DNA of 64,000 bases from Candidatus Anstonellales archaeon (lineage in GTDB: Archaea; Micrarchaeota; Micrarchaeia; Anstonellales; J096), in NCBI GenBank assembly GCA_038890615.1, contig JAWAFI010000001.1, forward strand, positions 336,843-400,842. The letters are read 5' to 3'. Position numbers and translations under genes: made by a program. Under the pieces are notes generated by a model that was not told where the DNA came from, made no database searches, and saw nothing but the letters and a program-made list of their open reading frames with translations. Shown here in pieces: positions 10,059 through 20,116 of this stretch. Within the stretch, counting starts at the first letter, position 1. Each line of letters opens with the position of its first letter.

Positions 10059-11117
10059 TCAGGCAAAATACCACACATACTCCCTTAGCTTTGAAGCTGA
10101 GCAATGCTTCTCAAGCAGCTTGCTCCTTTCCTCCATCTCCTTCCTCTTCGCCCAGATAGCAGCCCTGCTCCTTAAAAGCTGTGGGAAATTGATCCTTCCA
10201 CTTGAATTCCTGAAAGCAGGCATTCCTGCTACAAGAGCAGACCTGTACCTAAGCATCTTCCAGCTGCTTTTTGTCCTAGCGTTGTATAGCGTAGAAAGAG
10301 CAAGCAGATCCAATGCTTGAGCTAGCTCAATCTTCCTGAAAAAAACAGGAGCGTTCTCAAGCAGCCAAGGCTCTGCATCATCGAGAGAAACAGCGCCCCA
10401 AACAGTATTCAATGCTTCCCTCATGCTTCTCGCTCTCATGAATTCCCCTACATAAGAAAACATGTCTTGCTTAATGTCCCTGCCCCTACCAGCCATGCCT
10501 TCCAAGCTGTTCAATGCTGCCCTTACATCGCCGTTGCTTTGTGCAGCTATGGCTTCTATATCCTGCTGCCCAATGCTTATCCCTTCTTTTCTTGCCACGC
10601 TCGCAAGCAGCTTTGCTATCTCTTTTTCAGAAACCCTGCTGAACTTCACTGCCTTTGCGCCTTCCCTCAGAACCTCAAATCCTCTAGCCCAAATGTCTTG
10701 GAGGGTCATTATAAGAGGCACCTTTTTCTCCTTTGCTTTATTCATTATTTCTTTCAGTATAGATCCAACACCTCCTCTATTTGGCTGGAGGCAGTCTACA
10801 TCATCAAAAAGCACAGCCCTCCTTCCTGCGAAAAGCCCCCTTGCATCAAGCGAGCTGCTTATCCTTTCCACATCATCAATTCCTTCTATTGAACCCGGCT
10901 CAACCCTTACTAAATCCCAGCCCATCTCTCTTATTATTGCAATGGCAGCGCTGCTTTTGCCAGTGCCAGGCGGCCCATAAAGCACAAGCGGATACGCTTC
11001 ACCTTTTGCATATGCATCCATCCATTCATTGCATTCTTGGACAGCTTTGAAGTTGCCCACAATCCCTTCAAGATTTTCAGGCCTGTATTTTTCAGCCAGC
11101 ATCATAGATATAAACAA
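10059..11117 (-). CDS. rfcL: Replication factor C large subunit
   Basis: EKYRP, GPPGTGKS, FDDVD and GDVRAALN motifs. Confidence 0.85.
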   Translation of the reverse strand: MFISMMLAEKYRPENLEGIVGNFKAVQECNEWMDAYAKGEAYPLVLYGPPGTGKSSAAIAIIREMGWDLVRVEPGSIEGIDDVERISSSLDARGLFAGRRAVLFDDVDCLQPNRGGVGSILKEIMNKAKEKKVPLIMTLQDIWARGFEVLREGAKAVKFSRVSEKEIAKLLASVARKEGISIGQQDIEAIAAQSNGDVRAALNSLEGMAGRGRDIKQDMFSYVGEFMRARSMREALNTVWGAVSLDDAEPWLLENAPVFFRKIELAQALDLLALSTLYNARTKSSWKMLRYRSALVAGMPAFRNSSGRINFPQLLRSRAAIWAKRKEMEERSKLLEKHCSASKLREYVWYFA

Positions 11118-11145
11118 CCTTTAAAAATAAGATCCTACTATTATC

Positions 11146-14100
11146 ATGCACACACGAGCTCTGTTTCTTGTTTTTCTTATTGCCCTTTCATTCTCAGCAT
11201 ATACTCATGACAGGCCGTGGAATGAGCCATATTATTCAGAATACTGCCCTTATGTAATTTCAATCCCCTATTTCCCAGAGATATGGGATGTGAAGGCAAT
11301 GACACCCCCGCTTGATTCCCTAAACCTAAGCAGGGTTGCCTATGGGCCAGAGGTTTCAAAGGAAATAGAATCAGCGCGGAAGAGCTACGGGAATGCAAAG
11401 GAAGTTTATACTTGGAGCATAACATGCTCCCTATCTTGCTTTCCAGGCCTTCCTTCAAACATAGTGTTCATACTTGAAAAGGTGGTATTTGAGCGAAGCG
11501 CGCCTACCCAATCAGATTTCAGGGAGTTGCTAAACTATGGCATTGACCTTATATTGCAGGCAATAAGCCCCTACCTTGCTTACCCATCATACTGGAAGGG
11601 CACTGCAAACAGCGCCCTTGATGCCCTTGACAAAAGCTTCCAGATAAATGACATGGAATGGGGCAGGGTTTACTCATTGTACAGGGAAATGGACTATATG
11701 GGGCTGTGCAATGCTGATTACCTTGGGCCTGCATCCGCTGAATGCAAGTATTCAAGGCAAATGCTTTCTGCTCTAGGGCATACAGACGCTGGCAGGGCTG
11801 GCTCTTATTCCCGCGCCTTCTCCCACTTGAACAAACTCACACAATCTTTCTACAGCCAGAAGCCAGACTTCTCTTCTTACTCATTGGCAATGGAGGAGCT
11901 GTGGGGCCCAAATGGAAGCATAATTTACGCCCGCGAAATCCAAAGCCAGTCCTCTTCAGCCATAGAATCAGCCAAGGATTCGTTAAAAAGCGAGGAATTT
12001 TCTGCCGAATCCCTTTCCTCCCAAGCCAAGTCATCTCTTAAGAAGCTAAAGGACGAGAAGGTTGGGCTCATAGCATCCCCAAGAGAGGTTTCAACAGTCC
12101 AGCAGCAAAGCTTCTTGGCTTCAATGCAGTCCTTTGAGGATGCTATCCAGGCAGGAGATTCCCACATGTCATATGCCAAAAAGCTCCAATCCGAAAAGCC
12201 GCGCGGCTGGCTCGCAGAATCAATGCAGAACCTGCAGGAAGCAAAGCTCCTATATTCGCGGGTCGCATCAGAAAGCCCTGCTCTTCTTGCTGATGCCCGC
12301 TCTGCAGTTTCTTCAAAAAGGCAAGATGCCATGTCAGCAACAGCCGAGCTGTACAATATGCAGCTTTCTCTTAGGCAAAAGGAAAGGCTTGAAGCGCTCA
12401 ACTCATCGCTTCTCTCATCTGAATCCCTGCCTCTTGGCGACCAATACTTATTATATGAAAATATTATCAAGGAATGCAAAACAATAAATGAAGAGGCAAA
12501 GAGCGGCAGCATAGCTGTGCTTTCCTACAAACTCAGCTCGCTGCGAGAGCTTATGGAAAAGGCAAAGAAAGATGGCATTCCAATTCAAGAAGAGGAGCAG
12601 CGCCTTGCCCTGCTGGAGGAAATGGGCCCAACAGAAGATGGGATTCAAAGCATACAAGATTCAATAATCCTCAAGGCCTCAATAAAGTACGCAGAAGTGC
12701 CCTTCCTGCGCGAGCAGGTGCTTTCCTACCTTTCCACAGGGGCATTCCCAGACCTGCAGGCAAAAGTCAGGCAGAAAGAGCGTGGCTTAGTGTACGATAG
12801 CTTCTCTTTTGAGCTTGCCTTGGGGAGCCTTCATGCGCTTGAAGCGTTCTACATTGAAACTCTGGAGGAGATTGAAGGGCGAAAAGGAGAGATAGCGCTC
12901 TCTTCCCTAATATTGGAGCACAGCTCACGCCCAATAGTTGCAACCCTTGATTCCCCTTCTCTGGTTTCTGCCTACATAGTTGCCACGAACCCGACTGATT
13001 ATTATGCTTCAGGGGCATCAGCCTCAATCCCATTCCCGCTCCAGGTAATCTCTTCTGACCTTCAAAATGTGAAAACATTTTCATACAAGAGTGGCACCCT
13101 AAACCTCTACTTTGATGTTGCGCCCCACGAATCAAAAACAATAAAGGTTTCTAAGGAAGCAGTGCTTGCTTCCACAATAAAAATAGAAACAATGGCAGAA
13201 GGCAAATATGGGAATGCATACGTTGATGAGGAGCGCTCAATATTCTTGGAGATAGACTGCGATGCACTGGAGATACCGCTAACTGATGAAGGAACTATAG
13301 ACGGAGTCCCATTTTACAACTCTATCATGGCTAAGCCAATAAAGCAGGGAAAGCACACGCTCTCCTTTTCCTACGTTGTGCCAAATGCCTACAATGTGGA
13401 GTATACCAGTGTCTCTGCAACGCCCGTATCAGGAGGCACCTACTTCTCCTACACAATAACCCTAACCCCGCATATGGATTTGGATGTAGCTTACCTTCCA
13501 ATAGAATACGGAGCCAATGCAGAGCCTATATCTTACCATGAGATTGAAACAGCCGCTTCCTACGTGGTGATAGCCAAAGTGCACAACGGGGAGCAGGCAA
13601 AGGTGCGAATCTTTTGGACAGCAGAAAATATAAGCAGCGAAATAGATTCCCTTGAATCCCAGCTTAGCTTGCTGAACCTTACAGAATCCGAGCAGTTCCA
13701 ATTTGACCAAATAGAGCTTATGGCAGACAGCGCTGAGAAGGCGAAGCTTCTCCTTTCGCTGAAAAAGGCAGTTGACAAGCGCCTTCTTGAAGAAGCGAAA
13801 AAGGCAGCCCAGCTTGAGCAGGAGCAGGAAGCCCTCTCCTCATTAATAAGCCGCTACTCATCCGCACTTTCGCTTGCCAACTCGCTTGGCGAGAAGACCC
13901 TTTCCCCAACCATTTCTGCAGACCTTTCGGCGCTTATTGAAGCCAACCGCACAGGGGCCAAGGTTGACTTCTCAATAGAAAAGAGAAGGATAAAGGAATT
14001 CAAAGAAGCCCTTTACAATTACTATTATTCGCTCAAGGAAAAATCCTATGGCTGCAATTCCTCTCTTTCAAGCGCTGATTCCTTATTCTCATCGCTGGAG

Positions 14101-14655
14101 CTTTCCCCATCACTTGAAACTGCTGTGCGCATAAGCTCAATCCTAGAGGCAACAGAGCGCGAGCTCTCTTCTTGCCAGCCACTGCCCCAACCAGAAACCC
14201 CTGCAGCTTCGCTTTTGAAAGAAGTGGAATCCCTTATATCGCGATATAACAACGAGTTTGCTGATGCAAAGGAGCTGGGCCTAACCTCCCTACTTCCCTA
14301 CACAACACAAGGGGTTGAATCAAGCTACCAAAAGGCAAAGAAAGCAGGGGAAGCAGAGCTACAGCGCTTCAAGGAGCTTCTTTCCTCGGTTATGGAACGG
14401 CTGGAGGAAAAGGCAGAGTCTTCTGCCTCTTCCCTTGAAAAATTGGGCATCGACTCATCAAGAGTAAGAGACCATATAAAAGAAGGCCGATACATAAAAG
14501 CAATAGCAGCTGCACAATCCCTCTTAAGCTCAAGGGGCAAGGACAACAATCTTCTAATCATAGGTGCAGTTGCACTGGTTGTGCTTGGAGCCGTTGCTTT
14601 CCTGTACATGAAAGGGAGCAAGGAAAAAGAATTAAGGAGGCTAAAGAAAATCTGA
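11146..14655 (+). CDS. Large (1169 aa) surface protein with signal peptide and C-terminal membrane anchor
   Basis: N-terminal LFLVFLIALSFSA; C-terminal LLIIGAVALVVLGAVAFLYM plus basic tail; helical-beta-helical layout. Confidence 0.8.
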   Translation: MHTRALFLVFLIALSFSAYTHDRPWNEPYYSEYCPYVISIPYFPEIWDVKAMTPPLDSLNLSRVAYGPEVSKEIESARKSYGNAKEVYTWSITCSLSCFPGLPSNIVFILEKVVFERSAPTQSDFRELLNYGIDLILQAISPYLAYPSYWKGTANSALDALDKSFQINDMEWGRVYSLYREMDYMGLCNADYLGPASAECKYSRQMLSALGHTDAGRAGSYSRAFSHLNKLTQSFYSQKPDFSSYSLAMEELWGPNGSIIYAREIQSQSSSAIESAKDSLKSEEFSAESLSSQAKSSLKKLKDEKVGLIASPREVSTVQQQSFLASMQSFEDAIQAGDSHMSYAKKLQSEKPRGWLAESMQNLQEAKLLYSRVASESPALLADARSAVSSKRQDAMSATAELYNMQLSLRQKERLEALNSSLLSSESLPLGDQYLLYENIIKECKTINEEAKSGSIAVLSYKLSSLRELMEKAKKDGIPIQEEEQRLALLEEMGPTEDGIQSIQDSIILKASIKYAEVPFLREQVLSYLSTGAFPDLQAKVRQKERGLVYDSFSFELALGSLHALEAFYIETLEEIEGRKGEIALSSLILEHSSRPIVATLDSPSLVSAYIVATNPTDYYASGASASIPFPLQVISSDLQNVKTFSYKSGTLNLYFDVAPHESKTIKVSKEAVLASTIKIETMAEGKYGNAYVDEERSIFLEIDCDALEIPLTDEGTIDGVPFYNSIMAKPIKQGKHTLSFSYVVPNAYNVEYTSVSATPVSGGTYFSYTITLTPHMDLDVAYLPIEYGANAEPISYHEIETAASYVVIAKVHNGEQAKVRIFWTAENISSEIDSLESQLSLLNLTESEQFQFDQIELMADSAEKAKLLLSLKKAVDKRLLEEAKKAAQLEQEQEALSSLISRYSSALSLANSLGEKTLSPTISADLSALIEANRTGAKVDFSIEKRRIKEFKEALYNYYYSLKEKSYGCNSSLSSADSLFSSLELSPSLETAVRISSILEATERELSSCQPLPQPETPAASLLKEVESLISRYNNEFADAKELGLTSLLPYTTQGVESSYQKAKKAGEAELQRFKELLSSVMERLEEKAESSASSLEKLGIDSSRVRDHIKEGRYIKAIAAAQSLLSSRGKDNNLLIIGAVALVVLGAVAFLYMKGSKEKELRRLKKI

Positions 14656-16107
14656 TATAGTTGTTTGGCCCTTTCTCTTAACTTCTTTTGGGGCTTCCTT
14701 TGCTCCAACAACCCTATCCCTGCTAGCCCTGCCATCCATCTCCTTCCTCATCCTTCCAAGTATGCTCTTCATCTTCTTCTCTTTGGTGAACGAAGCCCAA
14801 TAATGGAATTCGTCCCTGGTGCCCTCGCTCATGAGCACATAAACCTTCCCATCCATGAACCTTCCTGCCCTCCCTCTTCTTTGTATTGTCCTTATCTCGC
14901 TTGGTATCGGCTCGTAAAAAACCACCACATCAACCTTCGGTATATCAAGCCCTTCTTCGCCTATAGAGCTCGCAACCATTATGTCAATCTCCCCGCTCCT
15001 GAACCTGCTTATTACCTCCTCTTGCTTCTTCCTGCTGTATCCCTCTTTTTTGCCTATGAAAACCTCTGCCTTTATTCCTTTCTCCTTAAGTTTTTCCACT
15101 ATGTGCCTGACCTGCTCCCTATATTGCGCAAAAATTATGACCTTCTTGCCTCTTATCCTTTCAACCAGTTCCAAAAGCTTGCCCATCTTTGGGTGCTCCA
15201 TTCCCTTTAGCCTTTTTTCAATCTCAATGACCTTAGGATGCCTTGACACTATTGCTGCGCTTTTGCCCTGCTTTGCCCTTAGCCCATCAAGGTACTTTAA
15301 GAAAGCATGCACGCTCTCTGTTTCAAGGAGCTCAAGCATGTGGTTCAGGTGGAGCGCAACATTGTAATTCACAAGGAGCCTATACTTCATCCCGTGCTGT
15401 ATGCCCATTATCTTCTTTCCAACTTCAATAAGCTTTGCCTTTGATTTCAATGGAAGGGGGAAGCCGGCTTCGCTCATTAGCTTGGCATAATGCTCTAGCA
15501 ACCCCTTAAGCTCCTTTATTTCAGCTGCTATTGGCCCTAAACCAACCTTTACCCACTCTATCTCTATGTTCTTTACATAGCCTTTGACATCCTCATCGCT
15601 TGCTGCCCTTATCTCTATGTTTTTTATCTTTAGGTTCTTGACCACTTCTTCAATCCTTGCTTTCTTGCCTCCTGGGGATGCTGTGAGTGCCAGGAAAAGG
15701 CAGTCAAACTTCTGCGCAATCTCAACATATGCGTAATCACCTACAGCCCTGTGCGCTTCATCAAAAACTATCAGTGAGGCATCCTTTACTAGGCCTTTCC
15801 TCATGTCATTCCTTACTGTTTGGGGCGTTGCAAATATTGCTTCACATTTCCACAAATCCTCCCTATTCCTGCTTTCACCAGTTATAAGCACGCCTTCCTT
15901 CCCTGTGAGCTCCCTATAAGATTGCCAATGCTGCTCGCAAAGGGGCTTGGTAGGGGCCATGAATATGCATCTTCCTCCAACCCTTTCCATAACTGCAAAA
16001 GCAACAAGGGTTTTCCCAAGCCCAGTAGGCAGCACAACAAGCGTGTTTCCCTTGCTGAGAGCAGATTCAACGATATTTTTTTGGTATTCCCTCAATTCAG
16101 CCTTCAC
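14641..16107 (-). CDS. hef: Hef/FANCM-type SF2 helicase (helicase part only)
   Basis: LPTGLGKT, DEAHRA, LTASPG, EEGLDIP and IQRRGRAGR motifs. Confidence 0.92.
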   Translation of the reverse strand: MKAELREYQKNIVESALSKGNTLVVLPTGLGKTLVAFAVMERVGGRCIFMAPTKPLCEQHWQSYRELTGKEGVLITGESRNREDLWKCEAIFATPQTVRNDMRKGLVKDASLIVFDEAHRAVGDYAYVEIAQKFDCLFLALTASPGGKKARIEEVVKNLKIKNIEIRAASDEDVKGYVKNIEIEWVKVGLGPIAAEIKELKGLLEHYAKLMSEAGFPLPLKSKAKLIEVGKKIMGIQHGMKYRLLVNYNVALHLNHMLELLETESVHAFLKYLDGLRAKQGKSAAIVSRHPKVIEIEKRLKGMEHPKMGKLLELVERIRGKKVIIFAQYREQVRHIVEKLKEKGIKAEVFIGKKEGYSRKKQEEVISRFRSGEIDIMVASSIGEEGLDIPKVDVVVFYEPIPSEIRTIQRRGRAGRFMDGKVYVLMSEGTRDEFHYWASFTKEKKMKSILGRMRKEMDGRASRDRVVGAKEAPKEVKRKGQTTISDFL

Positions 16108-16162
16108 AAAGCAATAACTCAGTTATATTTAAAAAAGCCAACTCTTCTTATAAAAAGCAGGA

Positions 16163-16234
16163 GCGGCTGTAGTCTAGTCGGTAGGATATAACCTTGCCAA
16201 GGTTAAGACCCGGGTTCAAATCCCGGCAGCCGCA
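16163..16234 (+). tRNA. tRNA-Gly(GCC)
   Basis: GCGGCTG/CAGCCGC acceptor; TAACC-TTGCCAA-GGTTA anticodon arm; GGTTCAAATCC. Confidence 0.96.
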
Positions 16235-16239
16235 TATGG

Positions 16240-17283
16240 TTGAGAACGAGTTCAAAGCCAACCTCCCTGTTGAGATTAGGAAAGAGCTCTCTGGGGAATG
16301 GGCCTTTAAAGAAGTTTTCAATTTTAAAGAAAAAACTCAAACAGGAAAAAACTAGAGGAAGATCTTTTTTCTGGAAAAAACATATGGCTACATGGGGCAC
16401 ATTACTCCGCTATGATTCAGAAAAAAACTGCATTATCTTTTATAGATACGGGGAGGATAAACCACCCATTTCCCTAAAGCTCAATGATAAAAAGGATAAA
16501 ATAGTTGGCATAAAAACTGAAATAGATGAAACATACAATAAAGCATTTACTTTTGTTTTTGACATTCTTTCATCAGGGCTAATAAAAAAAGAGCTTGTGT
16601 CTTTTTTTGGATTTCCAAAAGAATTGGTTGATGAAGCCTCAACAAAAGCCCAGGAAGTGCTTGAAATAAGGGAAATGAATAAGAAAAAACCAGGAACAAA
16701 AGAGCTAAAAAAAGAGCTAGGAGTTATATCACCTTTAATTTACAAAGAACCAGAAATACCATCCTCAATTGCCAAAAAACCCTATGTAGTGGTGCAGGGC
16801 GAGGCAGCAATCCTAAGCAAAGACAACCCACACGATGCGCTTTATACTTTTGGGGCAGGCCCCTGCTCAATTGTTGCAGCAGTGGTTAAGAACGAAAAAG
16901 GGGAGGTGGAGAAGGTTGCCCTGGCTCACCTTGATATTTTTGTAAGCAAGCAGGACATGAGGAAGCTTTTGGGCATCATCAACTTCGGGAGCCACCAAGT
17001 AGAATTTTCAATAATAAGCGGGCAAGAAAACCTGGTGCTTAAAATATACGAAGTCCTCAACGAATTCAACAATGTGAAAGACATAAAGTATTTTGATGTT
17101 GACCTTGAAGGATCAAGGAATGACAGCCTTGCAATAACAAAAGAAGGAAAAATTTTCTATGGGGAAAACCAAGAATGGAACCAAATGGCCAGTAGAAGGA
17201 TAGACCAAACAAACAGGATGTTCAACACACAACTTAACATAACCCATCTAGGCGAAAAAGAGCAGAAGATTTTGGTAAAGTAA
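16240..17283 (+). CDS. Orphan protein with C-terminal CheD/CNF1/YfiH-superfamily Cys-His deamidase-like domain; start uncertain
   Basis: VVQGE...LYTFGAGPCSIVAA...VALAHLD; first in-frame ATG is 16384. Confidence 0.65.
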   Translation: MRTSSKPTSLLRLGKSSLGNGPLKKFSILKKKLKQEKTRGRSFFWKKHMATWGTLLRYDSEKNCIIFYRYGEDKPPISLKLNDKKDKIVGIKTEIDETYNKAFTFVFDILSSGLIKKELVSFFGFPKELVDEASTKAQEVLEIREMNKKKPGTKELKKELGVISPLIYKEPEIPSSIAKKPYVVVQGEAAILSKDNPHDALYTFGAGPCSIVAAVVKNEKGEVEKVALAHLDIFVSKQDMRKLLGIINFGSHQVEFSIISGQENLVLKIYEVLNEFNNVKDIKYFDVDLEGSRNDSLAITKEGKIFYGENQEWNQMASRRIDQTNRMFNTQLNITHLGEKEQKILVK

Positions 17284-17322
17284 ATTTTTAAAGAAGGAAT
17301 GTAAAAGCAATTGAGGAGTAAA

Positions 17323-17811
17323 ATGCCAAAAAAACTATGCAGCTGCAATCCAAAGCAGGAGGATTACGAGAAATTTATGAGAATGGCAATAGAGGAGAGC
17401 ATTATTTCTGTGAAGGAAGGCCAGACTCCTTTTGGAGCCGTAATAGTCAAGGATGGAAAAATAATAGCAAAAGCGCACAACAGTGTCTACAAAACCTCTG
17501 ACCCAACTGCGCATGCTGAAATGAACGCTATACGCATTGCATCATCAAAGGCAGGCATAAACCTAAAAGGGGCGATATTGTTCTCTTCCTGCGAGCCCTG
17601 CCCAATGTGCTTCTCTGCATCTCATTGGGCTAAGATAAGCGAGATTGTATACGGCGCAACAATAGATGACGCAAGAAAGCTGGGGTTCAGGGAGATTTCC
17701 ATATACAACAAAGATTTCCTTTCGAAAGGTTCTTCCATAAAGATCATTCCAGGCCTCCTGCGCAAGGAAGCGGTCAAAGCGATGAAGAAGTGGAAGGGGC
17801 GGCCTTACTAG
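17323..17811 (+). CDS. Zn-dependent nucleoside/guanine deaminase (CDA superfamily)
   Basis: PFGAVIV, DPTAHAE and EPCPMC motifs. Confidence 0.9.
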   Translation: MPKKLCSCNPKQEDYEKFMRMAIEESIISVKEGQTPFGAVIVKDGKIIAKAHNSVYKTSDPTAHAEMNAIRIASSKAGINLKGAILFSSCEPCPMCFSASHWAKISEIVYGATIDDARKLGFREISIYNKDFLSKGSSIKIIPGLLRKEAVKAMKKWKGRPY

Positions 17812-17815
17812 AAAG

Positions 17816-17899
17816 TGCAGGGAGTGGGATTCGAACCCACGAACCCACTTAGGGACAGGCTCCTGAGGCCTGCGCCTTTGACCACTTGGCGATCCCTGC
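17816..17899 (-). tRNA. tRNA-Leu(CAG)
   Basis: GCAGGGA/TCCCTGC acceptor; CAGGC-CTCAGGA-GCCTG anticodon arm; long variable arm; GGTTCGAATCC. Confidence 0.96.
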
Positions 17900-17984
17900 T
17901 CCTCTTCTATAACATCCCCTTGCTATTTAAGCGTTCTTTTAAACCTCTTTACCCTATCGGCAGCTTCTTCCCTGTATTTCCTTA

Positions 17985-18617
17985 TCATTTCTGCAATCCC
18001 TTGTCCTTTGCAAGGTCCTCTGCCATCCTGCCTTCATTATCCTGCAGCAACGGGTTTGCCCCAAGCCTCATGAGCTCAATGCACCCTTCTTTATTGCCCC
18101 ATATTGCTGCGATCATCAGCGCTGTCCTTTGCATGCAATCAGTTGCATCTATATTAGCCCCTTTTTTGACAAGTGGCTCAATCAATTTTGGGCTGTTTAT
18201 GGCAGCAAACATAAGCGCAGTCATTCCACTCTTCCTTTTTGCATTTGGGTCTGCGCCTGCATCAAGCAGGATGCTGGCAATCTTCTCGCTGTCGCTCCAA
18301 ACAGCAATAATAAGGGCTGTGTCTCCATCGCAATTTTTCTGTTCTATGCAAGCCCCCATGCTAATAAGGGCTTTAACTACATCCTCTTTTCCGCTGAAAA
18401 CAGCTTCCATCAAAGGGGTCCAGCCATCAAGCCCTACAGCATTGACAGAAGCGCCTTTTGCAACAGCATCCTTGCACCTTTCTAAATAGCCTTCCCTAGC
18501 TGCCAATATAAGCTCATGCTCTAGTTGGTTTAATAATCTTTCAGGGTTTTTAAGAAATCTGCTGGGCATCCTCTCCTTGCTGTACACCGCCTTCCTTCCC
18601 TTTTCCTTTTCTTTCAT
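17985..18617 (-). CDS. Ankyrin-repeat protein
   Basis: GWTPLMEA, GDTALIIA, GMTALMFA, QRTALMIA with GAxxN turns. Confidence 0.92.
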   Translation of the reverse strand: MKEKEKGRKAVYSKERMPSRFLKNPERLLNQLEHELILAAREGYLERCKDAVAKGASVNAVGLDGWTPLMEAVFSGKEDVVKALISMGACIEQKNCDGDTALIIAVWSDSEKIASILLDAGADPNAKRKSGMTALMFAAINSPKLIEPLVKKGANIDATDCMQRTALMIAAIWGNKEGCIELMRLGANPLLQDNEGRMAEDLAKDKGLQK

Positions 18618-18706
18618 GGCAATACCGTTTCTCTCTGCATTATAATTAGCACTTCCCGAAACCCTTTAAAATCCTCGCATTCTAAGCAGTTAATAAAGGT
18701 GAGCAT

Positions 18707-18820
18707 TTGGGAGCCAAGCCAAGGAAGTGGAAGAAGAAAGGCAAGATGCGCTGGAAATGGGTAAAGAAGAAAAGGAGAAGGATAAAAAGGCAGCAGAAGA
18801 GGAGGGTAGGGAAGCTTTAA
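18707..18820 (+). CDS. rpl41e: Ribosomal protein eL41 (archaeal long form, eS32)
   Basis: Below track cutoff: [40 protein letters not shown] start after an AGGTGA RBS. Confidence 0.88.
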   Translation: MGAKPRKWKKKGKMRWKWVKKKRRRIKRQQKRRVGKL

Positions 18821-20064
18821 ATCCCTAGCTCTTTTGCGCATGAGCTTATTTTCCCAATGAATTCATCAATATCAGCTTTTGAGTGGGCGGCGCTTAGCTG
18901 GACTCTTATCTCATCCTTCCCTTTTGGCACAACAGGGAAGCTTATGTTTGTAACCAAAATTCCATTCTCAAAAAGAGCATCTGTTAGCTCCTTTGCCTTT
19001 GCTGCATCCCCTATAAGCACAGGCTGTATTGGGTGCTCTGATTCAGCAGAGAACTTCAGCCCTGCGTTCTTTGCCTTCTCCTTAAAGTATCGTATGTTTT
19101 CATTTAGCTTCCTGATGAGCCCCTTACCCTCTGGGGAATCAACAACATTGAGAGCTTCAAGCGCAGCAGCAGCAGTTCCTGGGGATACAGGGTTTGAGTA
19201 TATGTAAGTGGCAGCTGATTCCCTAAGGTAATCAACAATAATCTTGTCCCCAACAACATATCCCCCATCGCTTCCAAATCCCTTTCCAAAGGTGCCTACA
19301 AGCAAGTCGCACTTTGCCCCTGCCTTCTCTTCGCACCCCCTTCCTGTTTCCCCAAAGCACGCAACCCCATGGCTGTCGTCAACCACGCTTATCACCCCTT
19401 CTTCATAATCGCCATCGTGCTTATTGCAAACCTCAACCATCTTCCTAAGATCAGGGCATTCCCCTAGCATTGAGAATATGCCATCGCTTACCACTATTGC
19501 CCTCTTGAACTTCCCTGCATTTTCGCTTAGCACCTTATCCAACTCTTCATAATCCATATGCTTGAATATCGCCCTGTTTTCCTTTGGAAGCCCTGCAACC
19601 CTTATGCCATCTATTATGCTCCTGTGGTTCAGCTCATCTGAAACTACAAGCGTTTCCCCCCCAACAAGCGAGGCGCTGCTCTGCCCTTTTATTATGCAGT
19701 GGAGCACTGCCATGTTTGCAGCAAATGCAGAAGAGAAAACCATCCCTGCCTCTCTCTTGTGGAACTCAGCCACCTTCTCCTCAAGCTCAACATGAACTTT
19801 AAGCGTTCCAGCGATGAACCTGACAGCGCCTGGCCCAGAGCCGTACTTCTTTGCAGCTTCTTCTTCTGCCTTGTTTACCCTTGGGTTGAACCTGAGCCCC
19901 AAGTAGTCATTTGAGTTGAACACTAAGTATTTTTTCCCTCCAATAATCGCCTTTTTGTCTTTGGTAAATCCTTCAATCACTTTCTCCCATCTTTTAGATG
20001 TTTTTGAGTCATCTGTCCTCTTCAGCTCCCTTGCTATTAGCTCATAGAATTTTTCCTTCGGCAT
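18817..20064 (-). CDS. kbl: 2-amino-3-ketobutyrate CoA ligase (AONS-family PLP enzyme)
   Basis: [49 protein letters not shown]; start MPKEKF. Confidence 0.88.
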   Translation of the reverse strand: MPKEKFYELIARELKRTDDSKTSKRWEKVIEGFTKDKKAIIGGKKYLVFNSNDYLGLRFNPRVNKAEEEAAKKYGSGPGAVRFIAGTLKVHVELEEKVAEFHKREAGMVFSSAFAANMAVLHCIIKGQSSASLVGGETLVVSDELNHRSIIDGIRVAGLPKENRAIFKHMDYEELDKVLSENAGKFKRAIVVSDGIFSMLGECPDLRKMVEVCNKHDGDYEEGVISVVDDSHGVACFGETGRGCEEKAGAKCDLLVGTFGKGFGSDGGYVVGDKIIVDYLRESAATYIYSNPVSPGTAAAALEALNVVDSPEGKGLIRKLNENIRYFKEKAKNAGLKFSAESEHPIQPVLIGDAAKAKELTDALFENGILVTNISFPVVPKGKDEIRVQLSAAHSKADIDEFIGKISSCAKELGI

Positions 20065-20116
20065 GTGCCTTATATCTTCCCCAACCTTTTTTAATCCTGC
20101 TTTTCTTAACCCCATT

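Noticed and set aside
16163..17899. Integrated element between tRNA-Gly and tRNA-Leu
   Set aside because: No integrase and no duplicated tRNA end (att site) seen.
17815..18489. 224-aa + strand ORF
   Set aside because: Antisense to tRNA-Leu and the ankyrin gene.
18614..18841. 75-aa - strand Pro/Leu-rich ORF
   Set aside because: Antisense to rpl41e, which has the RBS and the family signature.
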